DNA of 37,166 nucleotides from a virus (taxonomy: Duplodnaviria; Caudoviricetes): the IMG/VR virus record IMGVR_UViG_3300035527_000387, positions 1 to 37,166 of that record; one strand, written 5' to 3'. A program made the position numbers and the translations under genes. The notes below the pieces were generated by a model. The model saw nothing but the letters and a program-made list of their open reading frames with translations. It ran no database searches and was not told where the DNA came from. This document shows, one piece after another, positions 8,995-16,881 of the stretch. The stretch's first letter is position 1; every line of letters begins with the position of its first letter.

Positions 8995-9170
8995 CACCGG
9001 GCCTCCTGGGGGTATGAGATGCGGACGCGGCGCATGAGGGAGCGGCTCTCGCGACGGCCGGTCAGCACCATCCACAGATGTTCGTAGCGCACGCCCAAAC
9101 GTCTGGCCTCACGCTTAATACCGTAAAATTTTTTCCGTCCCCCATTCTCTCTGACTACGATACCATCCAT
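8994..9170 (-). CDS. Ner/Cro-like small HTH regulator (58 aa, below the ORF-track cutoff)
   Basis: Translated by hand: MDGIVVRENGGRKKFYGIKREARRLGVRYEHLWMVLTGRRESRSLMRRVRISYPQEAR; HTH pattern ARRLGV..HLWMVLTGRRES; first early gene, divergent from the repressor. Confidence 0.78.
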   Translation of the reverse strand: MDGIVVRENGGRKKFYGIKREARRLGVRYEHLWMVLTGRRESRSLMRRVRISYPQEAR

Positions 9171-9289
9171 TTGGTGCTTTCCCTTTCGTGGAATTACGTG
9201 TAATAATCGTTAACACATAATTTACACCTGTTTCGCACGCGGTCAAGTAGAAAAGTGTGAATTATGTGCGAATTGGTGATTTTGTGAAT
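9171..9289. promoter_or_regulatory. divergent lysis/lysogeny switch (early promoter and operators)
   Basis: Minus-strand TTGACC-N16-TAAATT (9246-9219); inverted repeat ACACATAATTTACAC (9213-9227) / GTGTGAATTATGTGC (9255-9269); repeated GTGYGAA half-sites. Confidence 0.6.
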
Positions 9290-9652
9290 ATTCGTCTGCA
9301 AAAATTAAGAAAAGAACTCCATCTCCAATGGGGCGAACTAGCTGAAAAGCTAGGTGTATCAAGATCTATGCTTGATCAGGTTCGAAAAGGAGTCAGGAAT
9401 TTTGGGCCGAAAACGGAGAGAAAATTACATGATCTGGAAGTCGATGCCGGAATAGCAAAAGTAAAACCAGTTTTACTTTTTGAGAATTCAGATTCACACA
9501 TAAGTGCGAATTTCGATGACCAAGCCACCTGCAAGACTTGTGCTGGGGTGTTTCTCGAAGCTATAGACAGGCTTGATGAATGTCAAAGGCAGCAACAGGC
9601 AGAATTGACGAGGTTGAGGAAAGAGATAAAGAAACTTATAGGAGGTGGGTGA
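9257..9652 (+). CDS. phage repressor, XRE-type HTH
   Basis: RLQKLRKELHLQWGELAEKLGVSRSMLDQVRKG HTH; C-terminal CxxC and coiled coil, no S24 peptidase; start may be GTG at 9284. Confidence 0.85.
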   Translation: MNYVRIGDFVNIRLQKLRKELHLQWGELAEKLGVSRSMLDQVRKGVRNFGPKTERKLHDLEVDAGIAKVKPVLLFENSDSHISANFDDQATCKTCAGVFLEAIDRLDECQRQQQAELTRLRKEIKKLIGGG

Positions 9653-10587
9653 TGACTTTAACAGCCTACACCGGTAGCGAATTCTCTGAGATACGGTGCA
9701 AATTAAACCACCTTATAAATCAGGTGGCAGCACTTAAATTGTATGACTACAGGGCAGTTGACGAGTTTATTGAATTCATGATTTGTCTCAACATCCCTGA
9801 AATGGAGCATGTGGCAGCTCTTCTTTTCGATTATTCATATGTGAAGCTTATTATTACCGTGAATAGTGAATTAAGAAAAACAAGAGAGGGGTTCATGCAT
9901 GAGCTGGCTAACGAGTTTACTCCGCAGATGTATTGCTATAAGGAACTTCTTTTGTACAAAAACGATGATGATGTTTTGTCAGAACTAACTGACATCTGGA
10001 AACGTAGCGGTGCCTGCGTAGTTGATGGACGGTTTATTGCATCGAAATATCATAAAGTTTGGAAAGCTCTAAGCCGTTTTGATTGCCAGCACGCACCATG
10101 GGACATATACGATTGGTTTAGTGTAATAGAAATGGACGATGACGAAGCAGCTTCGCTGGGCTTATCTTTAAAATATGCCGTGCCAAACCAAAAAGACATG
10201 AAATTTACGGATATAATTTTCTTTTTTGATGTAATACCTCATCCCAAATTCAGCACAGTTTCGGACCCCCTTGAAGAGTTTGAGACAAAGCGAATTGATA
10301 TTGAGGACATGAAGAAAGCGATATTGGTTGGTTATGCCACTCGCTTAGTTCGTGAAGCGGATGGGCGATTTCAGCCGAAGCAGTTAACCGAGCTTGAAGC
10401 ACTATTGCAAAGAGCAAGTGAATTACCCGGACCAGGGAACGATCAGATTTACAAAACTGCTGGTGCTGTTGCAGTGGCCTCAGGAAATATCGAGAACGCG
10501 ATTTTATATTATCAATATGCACTGGATTTAAACGCTAAGATCGGAGTAAAGACGAAGCTACAAAAGCTGAAAAAGGCATTGGGATAA
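9652..10587 (+). CDS. diverged MuF-like domain plus C-terminal TPR protein (lysogeny operon)
   Basis: TGATG-coupled to the repressor with RBS GGAGG; 17/45 ungapped identities to the MuF at 31375; C-terminal IYKTAG...GNIENAILYYQYALDLNAKIGVK TPR. Confidence 0.8.
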   Translation: MTLTAYTGSEFSEIRCKLNHLINQVAALKLYDYRAVDEFIEFMICLNIPEMEHVAALLFDYSYVKLIITVNSELRKTREGFMHELANEFTPQMYCYKELLLYKNDDDVLSELTDIWKRSGACVVDGRFIASKYHKVWKALSRFDCQHAPWDIYDWFSVIEMDDDEAASLGLSLKYAVPNQKDMKFTDIIFFFDVIPHPKFSTVSDPLEEFETKRIDIEDMKKAILVGYATRLVREADGRFQPKQLTELEALLQRASELPGPGNDQIYKTAGAVAVASGNIENAILYYQYALDLNAKIGVKTKLQKLKKALG

Positions 10588-10656
10588 TTTCCAACGGTTG
10601 GAAAACGCGCGCCTTAATTTTCCAACGGTTGGAAAAGTTTCCAGGGGTTGGGAAAC
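10588..10656. repeat. three palindromic TTTCCA-N5-TGGAAA-type REP-like repeats
   Basis: TTTCCAACGGTTGGAAA at 10588-10604, again within 10618-10636, and degenerate GTTTCCAGGGGTTGGGAAAC at 10637-10656. Confidence 0.85.
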
Positions 10657-10663
10657 GTGATAG

Positions 10664-10981
10664 GTGCTTAACAATTATGCAGAACGTGATATCGGAATAG
10701 AGCAAATGAAAATTCATGCTCGACGCGAACTTGCTGATGCAGCTATTGATTACTATGTTATCGGAAGCGGCAGGCTTTCTGATGACATAGGAAAGCTTGC
10801 TGGAGATGCCGCAATTAGCACAACAATAAAATCAAAAGTTTCTAGCAACGGTCATTTAACAGCTAAGGTTCAGGAGTATGGGAATGATGAAAATTATCAA
10901 AGCCAGGATGTCACTTCTATTGCTCGTTTCTTTGACAGGGATCGTTTTTATCAGCGTTTTCGTGTTTTTGAACATCCTTAA
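10664..10981 (+). CDS. hypothetical protein, possibly a 5'-truncated remnant
   Basis: Protein-like composition but weak start; begins right after the palindromic repeats and overlaps the next gene by about 100 nt. Confidence 0.4.
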   Translation: MLNNYAERDIGIEQMKIHARRELADAAIDYYVIGSGRLSDDIGKLAGDAAISTTIKSKVSSNGHLTAKVQEYGNDENYQSQDVTSIARFFDRDRFYQRFRVFEHP

Positions 10982-11336
10982 TGGCGGCAGATATATCTAT
11001 ACCGCTCACGCCGAGGCTGTTTCTAATATTGTATCAACATTTTGTGTCCTACTAATCGGGATTCTTTCAGCAGTCATCGTATTAGTAACAGGGATGAAAG
11101 ACAGCTATTTTGCAAGGAAATATCGCAGCAGTGGCGCACTAAAAAACTTGTTGTACTTTTACCTTTTTACGATAAGTACTGTGTTTGTAACTCACCTGCT
11201 GACAATAGCCTCGTTTTCTGCATACTATCTGTTTAAGCTAATGTTGGCTGCGTTAATTACAAATAATTTTCAAGTTATTCTAATCGCTTTTATTTGTCAT
11301 CATGTGGCCCATCAGCCAAGGGATGGCTTGGCGTAA
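10878..11336 (+). CDS. four-TM membrane protein (moron; candidate superinfection exclusion/defence)
   Basis: RBS CAGGAG; four hydrophobic segments; AT-rich; last gene before the terminator. Confidence 0.8.
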   Translation: MGMMKIIKARMSLLLLVSLTGIVFISVFVFLNILNGGRYIYTAHAEAVSNIVSTFCVLLIGILSAVIVLVTGMKDSYFARKYRSSGALKNLLYFYLFTISTVFVTHLLTIASFSAYYLFKLMLAALITNNFQVILIAFICHHVAHQPRDGLA

Positions 11337-11361
11337 AAGTGTCTTCAAGCCCACATCACAT

Positions 11362-11395
11362 AGCCCCGCTTTTTAGCGGGGCTTTTTTGTTTTTA
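11362..11395 (+). terminator. Rho-independent terminator of the lysogeny operon
   Basis: AGCCCCGCT-TTTT-AGCGGGGCT stem followed by TTTTTGTTTTTT. Confidence 0.9.
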
Positions 11396-11399
11396 AAGT

Positions 11400-11500
11400 C
11401 GGTGGTGTCGCTGAAAGCGGGGGTACAAATATTACCAATATTGGCGACAGTGGCGGTGGTATCCTGACGGGGTGATTCGGGTGTGGTAGACAGGCACCCG
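11400..11500 (+). promoter_or_regulatory. putative late promoter region
   Basis: Only non-coding gap between the terminator and late genes; tandem AATATT palindromes, TGTCGC/GCGACA dyad, TGGTAGAC -10-like box, no good -35. Confidence 0.35.
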
Positions 11501-11722
11501 ATGAACGCAAAAGAGACAATTCAGTCGCAGCAAAAGGAGCAGAGCCATGTAGTACCTGGTGAAACAGTCGAAGTCTATTACGGTGATTCCAGAACCCTCG
11601 TACAATCCAAGTGCGGGGGTTTTTATTTGCATCACGATTTGGAGAAACTGGCGGCTACCAGGGCGGCGCTGATGGAGGGGATTCGGTTGATTGATATTTT
11701 TTTAGGGGGGATGGGCTCATGA
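11501..11722 (+). CDS. hypothetical protein, first late gene
   Basis: MNAKETIQ... 73 aa; no RBS (possibly leaderless). Confidence 0.55.
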   Translation: MNAKETIQSQQKEQSHVVPGETVEVYYGDSRTLVQSKCGGFYLHHDLEKLAATRAALMEGIRLIDIFLGGMGS

Positions 11723-11766
11723 TCCCCTCTTCTCCAGGCAAAACAAAGACAATACACACAACAACG

Positions 11767-11820
11767 CGGCGGCGGGGTGAGCGCTTTCCTTTCGCGCTCT
11801 GCGGTCAACCCCCGCCGCCG
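11767..11820 (+). other. GC-rich nested stem-loop in the late leader
   Basis: CGGCGGCGGGG (11767-11777) pairs with CCCCGCCGCCG (11810-11820); inner GAGCGC/GCGCTC. Confidence 0.65.
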
Positions 11821-11870
11821 TCCCGCCTTTCAAGCACGCTAAAGCGTGTACTACGAACAGGAGCGTCCGT

Positions 11871-12314
11871 ATGCAGTCAGTAGACCCGGCAACCGTAAGA
11901 GATTTTCTGGTGATCATTTTCGCGCTGCTGGGCGGGGCTACGCTGGCGATTAACCTGGTGATTAAACTCAAGGGCAAACCGCCTTGCGAATGGGGGAGAC
12001 TGAAGCTGGAGAAGGTGGAGACGGAGATCGCGAAGCTTTCCGCGTATTACGATAACCGATGCACGGGTCTGAAGGATGCGCTGGATAAACACCGGTCGGC
12101 TTCGGAAATGAGCCTGGGGAAGGTTATCAATGAGTTTAGGTCGGAGATGCGGGAGATGCGGCAGGAACTGCGGGCGGACTTCCGGAGGCTTGAGGAACGC
12201 AGCGGAGCGGGCGATCTGGGTTTGAAGGAGCTGAACAAGGATTTGATTAACGCTTTGAGTGACATCAAGGAGCTGACCAGGGAACTGGCGAAAGGACAGG
12301 TGCGCAATGGATGA
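11871..12314 (+). CDS. membrane-anchored coiled-coil protein (Mu gp25/DUF2730-like position)
   Basis: N-terminal TM FLVIIFALLGGATLAINLVI followed by a coiled coil; RBS CAGGAG. Confidence 0.75.
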   Translation: MQSVDPATVRDFLVIIFALLGGATLAINLVIKLKGKPPCEWGRLKLEKVETEIAKLSAYYDNRCTGLKDALDKHRSASEMSLGKVINEFRSEMREMRQELRADFRRLEERSGAGDLGLKELNKDLINALSDIKELTRELAKGQVRNG

Positions 12315-12552
12315 AATGACGGCTAAAACAACGCTGGATGTGCTGACGGCACTGGATGGCTGCGCGTGCGAGGAAAGCACGCTGAAACGGTATGTGAACC
12401 AGCGCTTGATCAATCCGCTGACGGTGACGGAGTTCGCGGAGCATTTGGCGGATATGAAGGCAAAGGGCTGGGTGGATTCGCGGGTGAATGATTTTCGCAA
12501 GAAGGTGTGGTGGATCACGGGTGCCGGGCAGGTGCAGCGCAGCAGGATGTAG
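12307..12552 (+). CDS. small winged-helix protein (Mu gp26-like)
   Basis: EFAEHLADMKAKGWV...WWITGAG wHTH pattern; precedes TerS as in Mu. Confidence 0.7.
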   Translation: MDEMTAKTTLDVLTALDGCACEESTLKRYVNQRLINPLTVTEFAEHLADMKAKGWVDSRVNDFRKKVWWITGAGQVQRSRM

Positions 12553-12554
12553 TC

Positions 12555-12683
12555 CACAGAATACACAGAATACACAGAATTTTTTGAACCACTGATGAAC
12601 ACTGATTAACACTGATAATTTGAACTACGAAAGACGCGGAATGACGCGAAACTAATGACGAATGACTGATGACCAATGACTAA
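12555..12683. repeat. composite of four short tandem-repeat arrays
   Basis: CACAGAATA x3 (third copy CACAGAATT), CACTGATNAA x3 (third CACTGATAAT), degenerate ACGCGRAA-like x2-3, RATGACN x4. Confidence 0.85.
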
Positions 12684-13221
12684 AGGACGTACAGACCGCT
12701 GGGAGGCGGATTTAACGGATGAGCAGGCGCAGATGGCGTTTGAGCTGATTCGTGATCTGGGTGCTCCGAAGGCGCGCGTGCTGCTGCTGCGTGAAGAGGC
12801 TTTCGCGGGGGTTGAGGTTCCGGCGTGTTCGACGATGTACAGATTCTATGAGCGTTACAAACAGGTGGTGGATGAGGACCGTTTGCGGCGGGCAGTGGCG
12901 GCCCAGGCATCGATCAATGATGCGGCGGCATCGATGGAGGATATCTCCGAGACCATGATTAAGGGGGTTGGGTTCCTGGCGGTTGAAGCAATCGCGTCTC
13001 AGGACGTTAAAGCTATTGCCGCCCTGGTGAAGCAGTATAACGGCCTGGTGAGTACGCTGCATGCGAAGCAGGAACAGGCGTTGGCTGAAGCTCGGTTCGA
13101 GCTGATCAAGTCGGACAAGTACCAGGCGGGCCTCTCTGCCCTGGCTGAACAGATCAAGGGCAATGCTGCTGCGCAGGAAGCATTCGCAAATTTCAAAGCC
13201 GTTATTGAGGGGGATGATTGA
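12676..13221 (+). CDS. putative terminase small subunit (Mu gp27/DUF3486-like)
   Basis: N-terminal HTH-like region, helical C-terminus; immediately upstream of TerL. Confidence 0.65.
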   Translation: MTKGRTDRWEADLTDEQAQMAFELIRDLGAPKARVLLLREEAFAGVEVPACSTMYRFYERYKQVVDEDRLRRAVAAQASINDAAASMEDISETMIKGVGFLAVEAIASQDVKAIAALVKQYNGLVSTLHAKQEQALAEARFELIKSDKYQAGLSALAEQIKGNAAAQEAFANFKAVIEGDD

Positions 13222-13222
13222 T

Positions 13223-15301
13223 ATGGTAAAAAATGCCGTCAATACCCTCGATGCAATGGTCAATGAGAACCTGAATCCGGCTCCGGAGATTTCATCCTTC
13301 ACTGAATTCCTTGAGAAGCATGCGAAGGTTCGACTTAATAACGGACGTTATGTGCCCTATTCGTTTGAGGGGCGACGGCCATTGATTTTCTGTGCGGAGC
13401 TGTTGTCTAAGATTATTCAGAACACAGTGCGTAGACAGGTGGTTGAAATCGACGAACGGATTTACGCACCGAGGGAACTTGTGGGCGCAACAGTGTCGAT
13501 TTGCGGGGGTGCGCAGTTTGGCAAAACGGTTCTGGAATTGAATTTTTCAGCATACTGCACATCTATCGAGTTCATTAACTTCGGTTATTATACTCCGGAT
13601 AAAGAGCTGCTGAATACGATTGTCGACACGAAGTTCCGCCCGGATGTTGTTGATCAGATCGAATGGCTCCCTGAAATGATTGAGTTGAATAAGGCAGAGG
13701 GGAAATCCGGCAAATCGGTTAACAAAAAGAATTCGTATCAGATCAGTGATGGGAAACGGACGGCGTTTGGCTATTTCGTTGGTTTGCAGAAGCCGACAAC
13801 AACAATCTCCCTGGATGTAGCGGCGTGTGACGAAACGGATGATATACCGAAGAAGAACATCGGTTTTGTTTCCGGTCGTATGACGAACAGCGATGTAAAG
13901 TTAACCTGCTATATCGGCACGCAGCGTATTCATGGAGCCGGGCAGAACGAACGTTTTGAGTCGGGGACGCAGCACAAGTGGACGGTAACGTGTCCGCATT
14001 GCTGCATGGCTATCTGCATAGAGGAACACTGGCCGCAGGTCTGCCGTGTATCGAAAACGGGCGCTGCTGATTGTAATGATCCGCAGCTCAGTGAGGAAAT
14101 GACGTATGATCCTTCTTATCTGTATTACGCGGCCTGTCCTGATTGCGGGACTCCAATTGATCGGGACAGCGGCGCTTACATACCCACCAGACCGGACAAG
14201 GCCAAGCAGCTTAATTTCAGCATACGGGTATCTCAAATGGGCGTCGAGGCGATCGATTGGGAAAGCCAGGTTGCGAGCTGGTTTGCGGCGCTCCAGGACC
14301 CGGATGGCGAGGCGCTTATCGCCTGGCATTGTGACAGGCGGGCGATTCCGCATGCCGGGTCCGCGCAGCCGATTACCCCCGAAGTTGTGCAGCGCTGCAT
14401 TGATTGCGGGCTGAAAGACTCTGTTGAGGATGAAACAGACCGCACCTACTGCATGAGCATGATGCCGAAACAGCATCCCCGCGTTATGGGTATGGATACC
14501 GGGCCGCGCTGCTGGATGTGGATCGATGACATTGTGTCTCCGGTCTGCACGCCGATGGTATGGGCTGAGAAGGTTTCGAGCGGTCGCGCAGAAGCGCGAG
14601 TGCTTGAGCTGTTCTATGCTCTGGATATCGATACGGTTTTTATCGATGCCGGTGGCGAGCCTGAGTTGACGAAGAGCATCGTGCTCAAGCTTAACGGGCT
14701 GGACAGCTACTCGCCGCCTGTCGTTTCGTTTTCTGATTTGAAGAATATGAGGCTGCTGGATATCGGTGCCGGTGTAACCTGGGATGGTGACCAGGGACGC
14801 TGGATCAACATCAAGGCTGCTGCTGTGCTGTTCAGTAAATCGCAGGGCTCCGGTGTGCAGCATGACATAGGCCGAACGGTAGACGGGCAGATTTATCCCC
14901 TGATCAAGTGCAACCGGTATGATGCAATATCTGCTGCGGTGAATGACTTTGGCATTCCGAAGGACGGCGTGATTGAGCAGATTGAGATTGACGGAAAGGT
15001 AGAGCTGCGCCGCATGCCGCGTGCCCGCCTGCCGAAAACCTATATCGGAAACGGTGCAGAAGCATCTGTTGTGCATGCTCACCTGACGAATCTGCGAAAA
15101 ATAAAGAATTCAAAAACAGGCGTCGAGGATTGGGCAGAAGGAATTGAAAACCATCTCGGTTTGTCGAAGGTATACGCCCGCATTGCATCACAGGTCGTTG
15201 TGAATGCTCCGAAGGTTAATCCTGGCCGTTTCCATCGCTTTAAACAGAACCGTCACACGGCGGCGCGTTATGCGCGCAGATCAAGGAGTCTGATCGGATG
15301 A
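13223..15301 (+). CDS. terL: terminase large subunit, lambda GpA-type
   Basis: Walker A GAQFGKT, Walker B AACDETD, CPHC...CPDC zinc motifs, nuclease GMDTG and FIDAG; start could be 13214. Confidence 0.88.
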   Translation: MVKNAVNTLDAMVNENLNPAPEISSFTEFLEKHAKVRLNNGRYVPYSFEGRRPLIFCAELLSKIIQNTVRRQVVEIDERIYAPRELVGATVSICGGAQFGKTVLELNFSAYCTSIEFINFGYYTPDKELLNTIVDTKFRPDVVDQIEWLPEMIELNKAEGKSGKSVNKKNSYQISDGKRTAFGYFVGLQKPTTTISLDVAACDETDDIPKKNIGFVSGRMTNSDVKLTCYIGTQRIHGAGQNERFESGTQHKWTVTCPHCCMAICIEEHWPQVCRVSKTGAADCNDPQLSEEMTYDPSYLYYAACPDCGTPIDRDSGAYIPTRPDKAKQLNFSIRVSQMGVEAIDWESQVASWFAALQDPDGEALIAWHCDRRAIPHAGSAQPITPEVVQRCIDCGLKDSVEDETDRTYCMSMMPKQHPRVMGMDTGPRCWMWIDDIVSPVCTPMVWAEKVSSGRAEARVLELFYALDIDTVFIDAGGEPELTKSIVLKLNGLDSYSPPVVSFSDLKNMRLLDIGAGVTWDGDQGRWINIKAAAVLFSKSQGSGVQHDIGRTVDGQIYPLIKCNRYDAISAAVNDFGIPKDGVIEQIEIDGKVELRRMPRARLPKTYIGNGAEASVVHAHLTNLRKIKNSKTGVEDWAEGIENHLGLSKVYARIASQVVVNAPKVNPGRFHRFKQNRHTAARYARRSRSLIG

Positions 15302-16881
15302 GTAACGTAGCCCCGAAATACATCCAGATGCACATGGATGCGCTGAATAAGTGGCGCACCACGCTGAACCCGCTGCGCGGGCTGAGTATGACACGCATTG
15401 TCTCGATGCTGGAGGCCGGTGAGCGCGGCGAGTATTTGGACCTGCAATGGCTGTTCCGTTTTATCGAAAAGCGGGATGCGACGATTCGGGGATTGAAGCG
15501 GTTGCGGCTATCCGCGATCGGGAATTGTGAATGGACCATCAAGACGGTTCCGGAGGATGAGTTGCCGAAGGGCGCGACGCAGGCGCAGGCGGATAAGCAG
15601 GCGACGGAGTTGCGGGCGGCGTATGACCAGATCGACAATCTGAATGCGGCGATTGATCATCTGGCACTTGCGGAATTTCGCGGCTACTCGCATCTGGCAA
15701 AGGTGTATGCGGGGAAATACATTGATGACGGGATCGAACGGCTGGAGCCGTGGGATCAGTGGTTCTGGCTGCGTGACGGGCTTTATGGTGAGTGGCTGCT
15801 TAACCCGGACCTGAAGCATTCGATCCATACCGGAGAATCCATTGATACATCCCATTGGATTATACGCGAGGTGGATGATCCTATTGATGAGATTGCCCTG
15901 ATTGCCTACTTGCGCAAGAATCTTTCGCAGAAGGACTGGGACGGCTTTATCGAGGTTTTCGGGATTCCGGCGATATTCCTGATCATGCCGCCGAATGTGC
16001 CGCAGGATAAGGAGGAGGAATACCAGGATACGGCTGAGGCAATTATTGCGGATGCGAGGGGAACGCTGCCGAACGGGTCGGACATCAAGACGGCGGGCGG
16101 GGATGTGCGGGGGAATGCGCCTTTTAAAGATCACATCAATTACCAGGACAGTCAGATTGTGCTGGCAGGCACAAGCGGCAAGCTGACAATGCTGAACGAT
16201 CCGACTGGTTTGGGGTCCGGTCAGAGCAATGCGCACCAGGATACCTTTGATGAACTTGCGGAGGCGGAAGCGAAAGTTATTGCGGAGCTTTTCCAGCAGT
16301 CGATTGATGCGCCGCTGCTGGAGCGTATGTTTCCGGGACAGCCTGCGCTGGCCTACTTCTATTTTGGCAAACCGGACAGCGAGGATATCAGCGCCGTGCT
16401 TGAGCATGACAGCGCACTGGCGGCTTCCGGTCGCCGGATTGCAACAGATGATCTGGAAGAACGTACGGGATACACGATTGAAGATAACCCGTCGAGTGGT
16501 TCGGCGGTGGATGCGGGCGGGAGTAAAGCAAACAATAAGAACACTTCATATATTTACTCTCCCGCCCGTGTTTCCAATCGCTCTGCAACGGCTGTGGAAG
16601 CAGAAGACAAGCTTATTGAAAATGCGCGGATGGTTATGGCGGAGGCTGCTGCAAATGACATGCTGCCGGTTACCAAACGCCTTGGGGACATCCTTGATAA
16701 CTCTCCTGATGAAACCCTTGCCGCTGATCTGCAAAGGTTCCTGGAAACGGAACTTCCAGAACTGGCGAAAGAGGTCATGGCCAACCCGCAAACGGCTGAT
16801 GCGCTGGACGGGACCATAACAGCAGGGATCATTAACGGGAACATTGAGGCTTATGCGGGAAAGAAGGTGGGCAATGAATAG
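15298..16881 (+). CDS. portal protein (Mu gp29/DUF935 family)
   Basis: EKRDATI, AEFRGYS, DWDGFIEVFGIP, GLGSGQSNAH motifs; ATGA overlap with TerL. Confidence 0.92.
   Translation: MSNVAPKYIQMHMDALNKWRTTLNPLRGLSMTRIVSMLEAGERGEYLDLQWLFRFIEKRDATIRGLKRLRLSAIGNCEWTIKTVPEDELPKGATQAQADKQATELRAAYDQIDNLNAAIDHLALAEFRGYSHLAKVYAGKYIDDGIERLEPWDQWFWLRDGLYGEWLLNPDLKHSIHTGESIDTSHWIIREVDDPIDEIALIAYLRKNLSQKDWDGFIEVFGIPAIFLIMPPNVPQDKEEEYQDTAEAIIADARGTLPNGSDIKTAGGDVRGNAPFKDHINYQDSQIVLAGTSGKLTMLNDPTGLGSGQSNAHQDTFDELAEAEAKVIAELFQQSIDAPLLERMFPGQPALAYFYFGKPDSEDISAVLEHDSALAASGRRIATDDLEERTGYTIEDNPSSGSAVDAGGSKANNKNTSYIYSPARVSNRSATAVEAEDKLIENARMVMAEAAANDMLPVTKRLGDILDNSPDETLAADLQRFLETELPELAKEVMANPQTADALDGTITAGIINGNIEAYAGKKVGNE

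Noticed and set aside
10588-10656. CRISPR array
   Set aside because: Repeats are about 17-19 nt with spacers of 0-13 nt, and there are no cas genes
12555-12683. CRISPR array or replication iterons
   Set aside because: Units are 7-10 nt, directly tandem, of four different types; no Rep gene, and the phage replicates by transposition
13901-16407. Long minus-strand ORFs (393 aa and 299 aa) opposite TerL and portal
   Set aside because: Antisense shadows with no recognisable features
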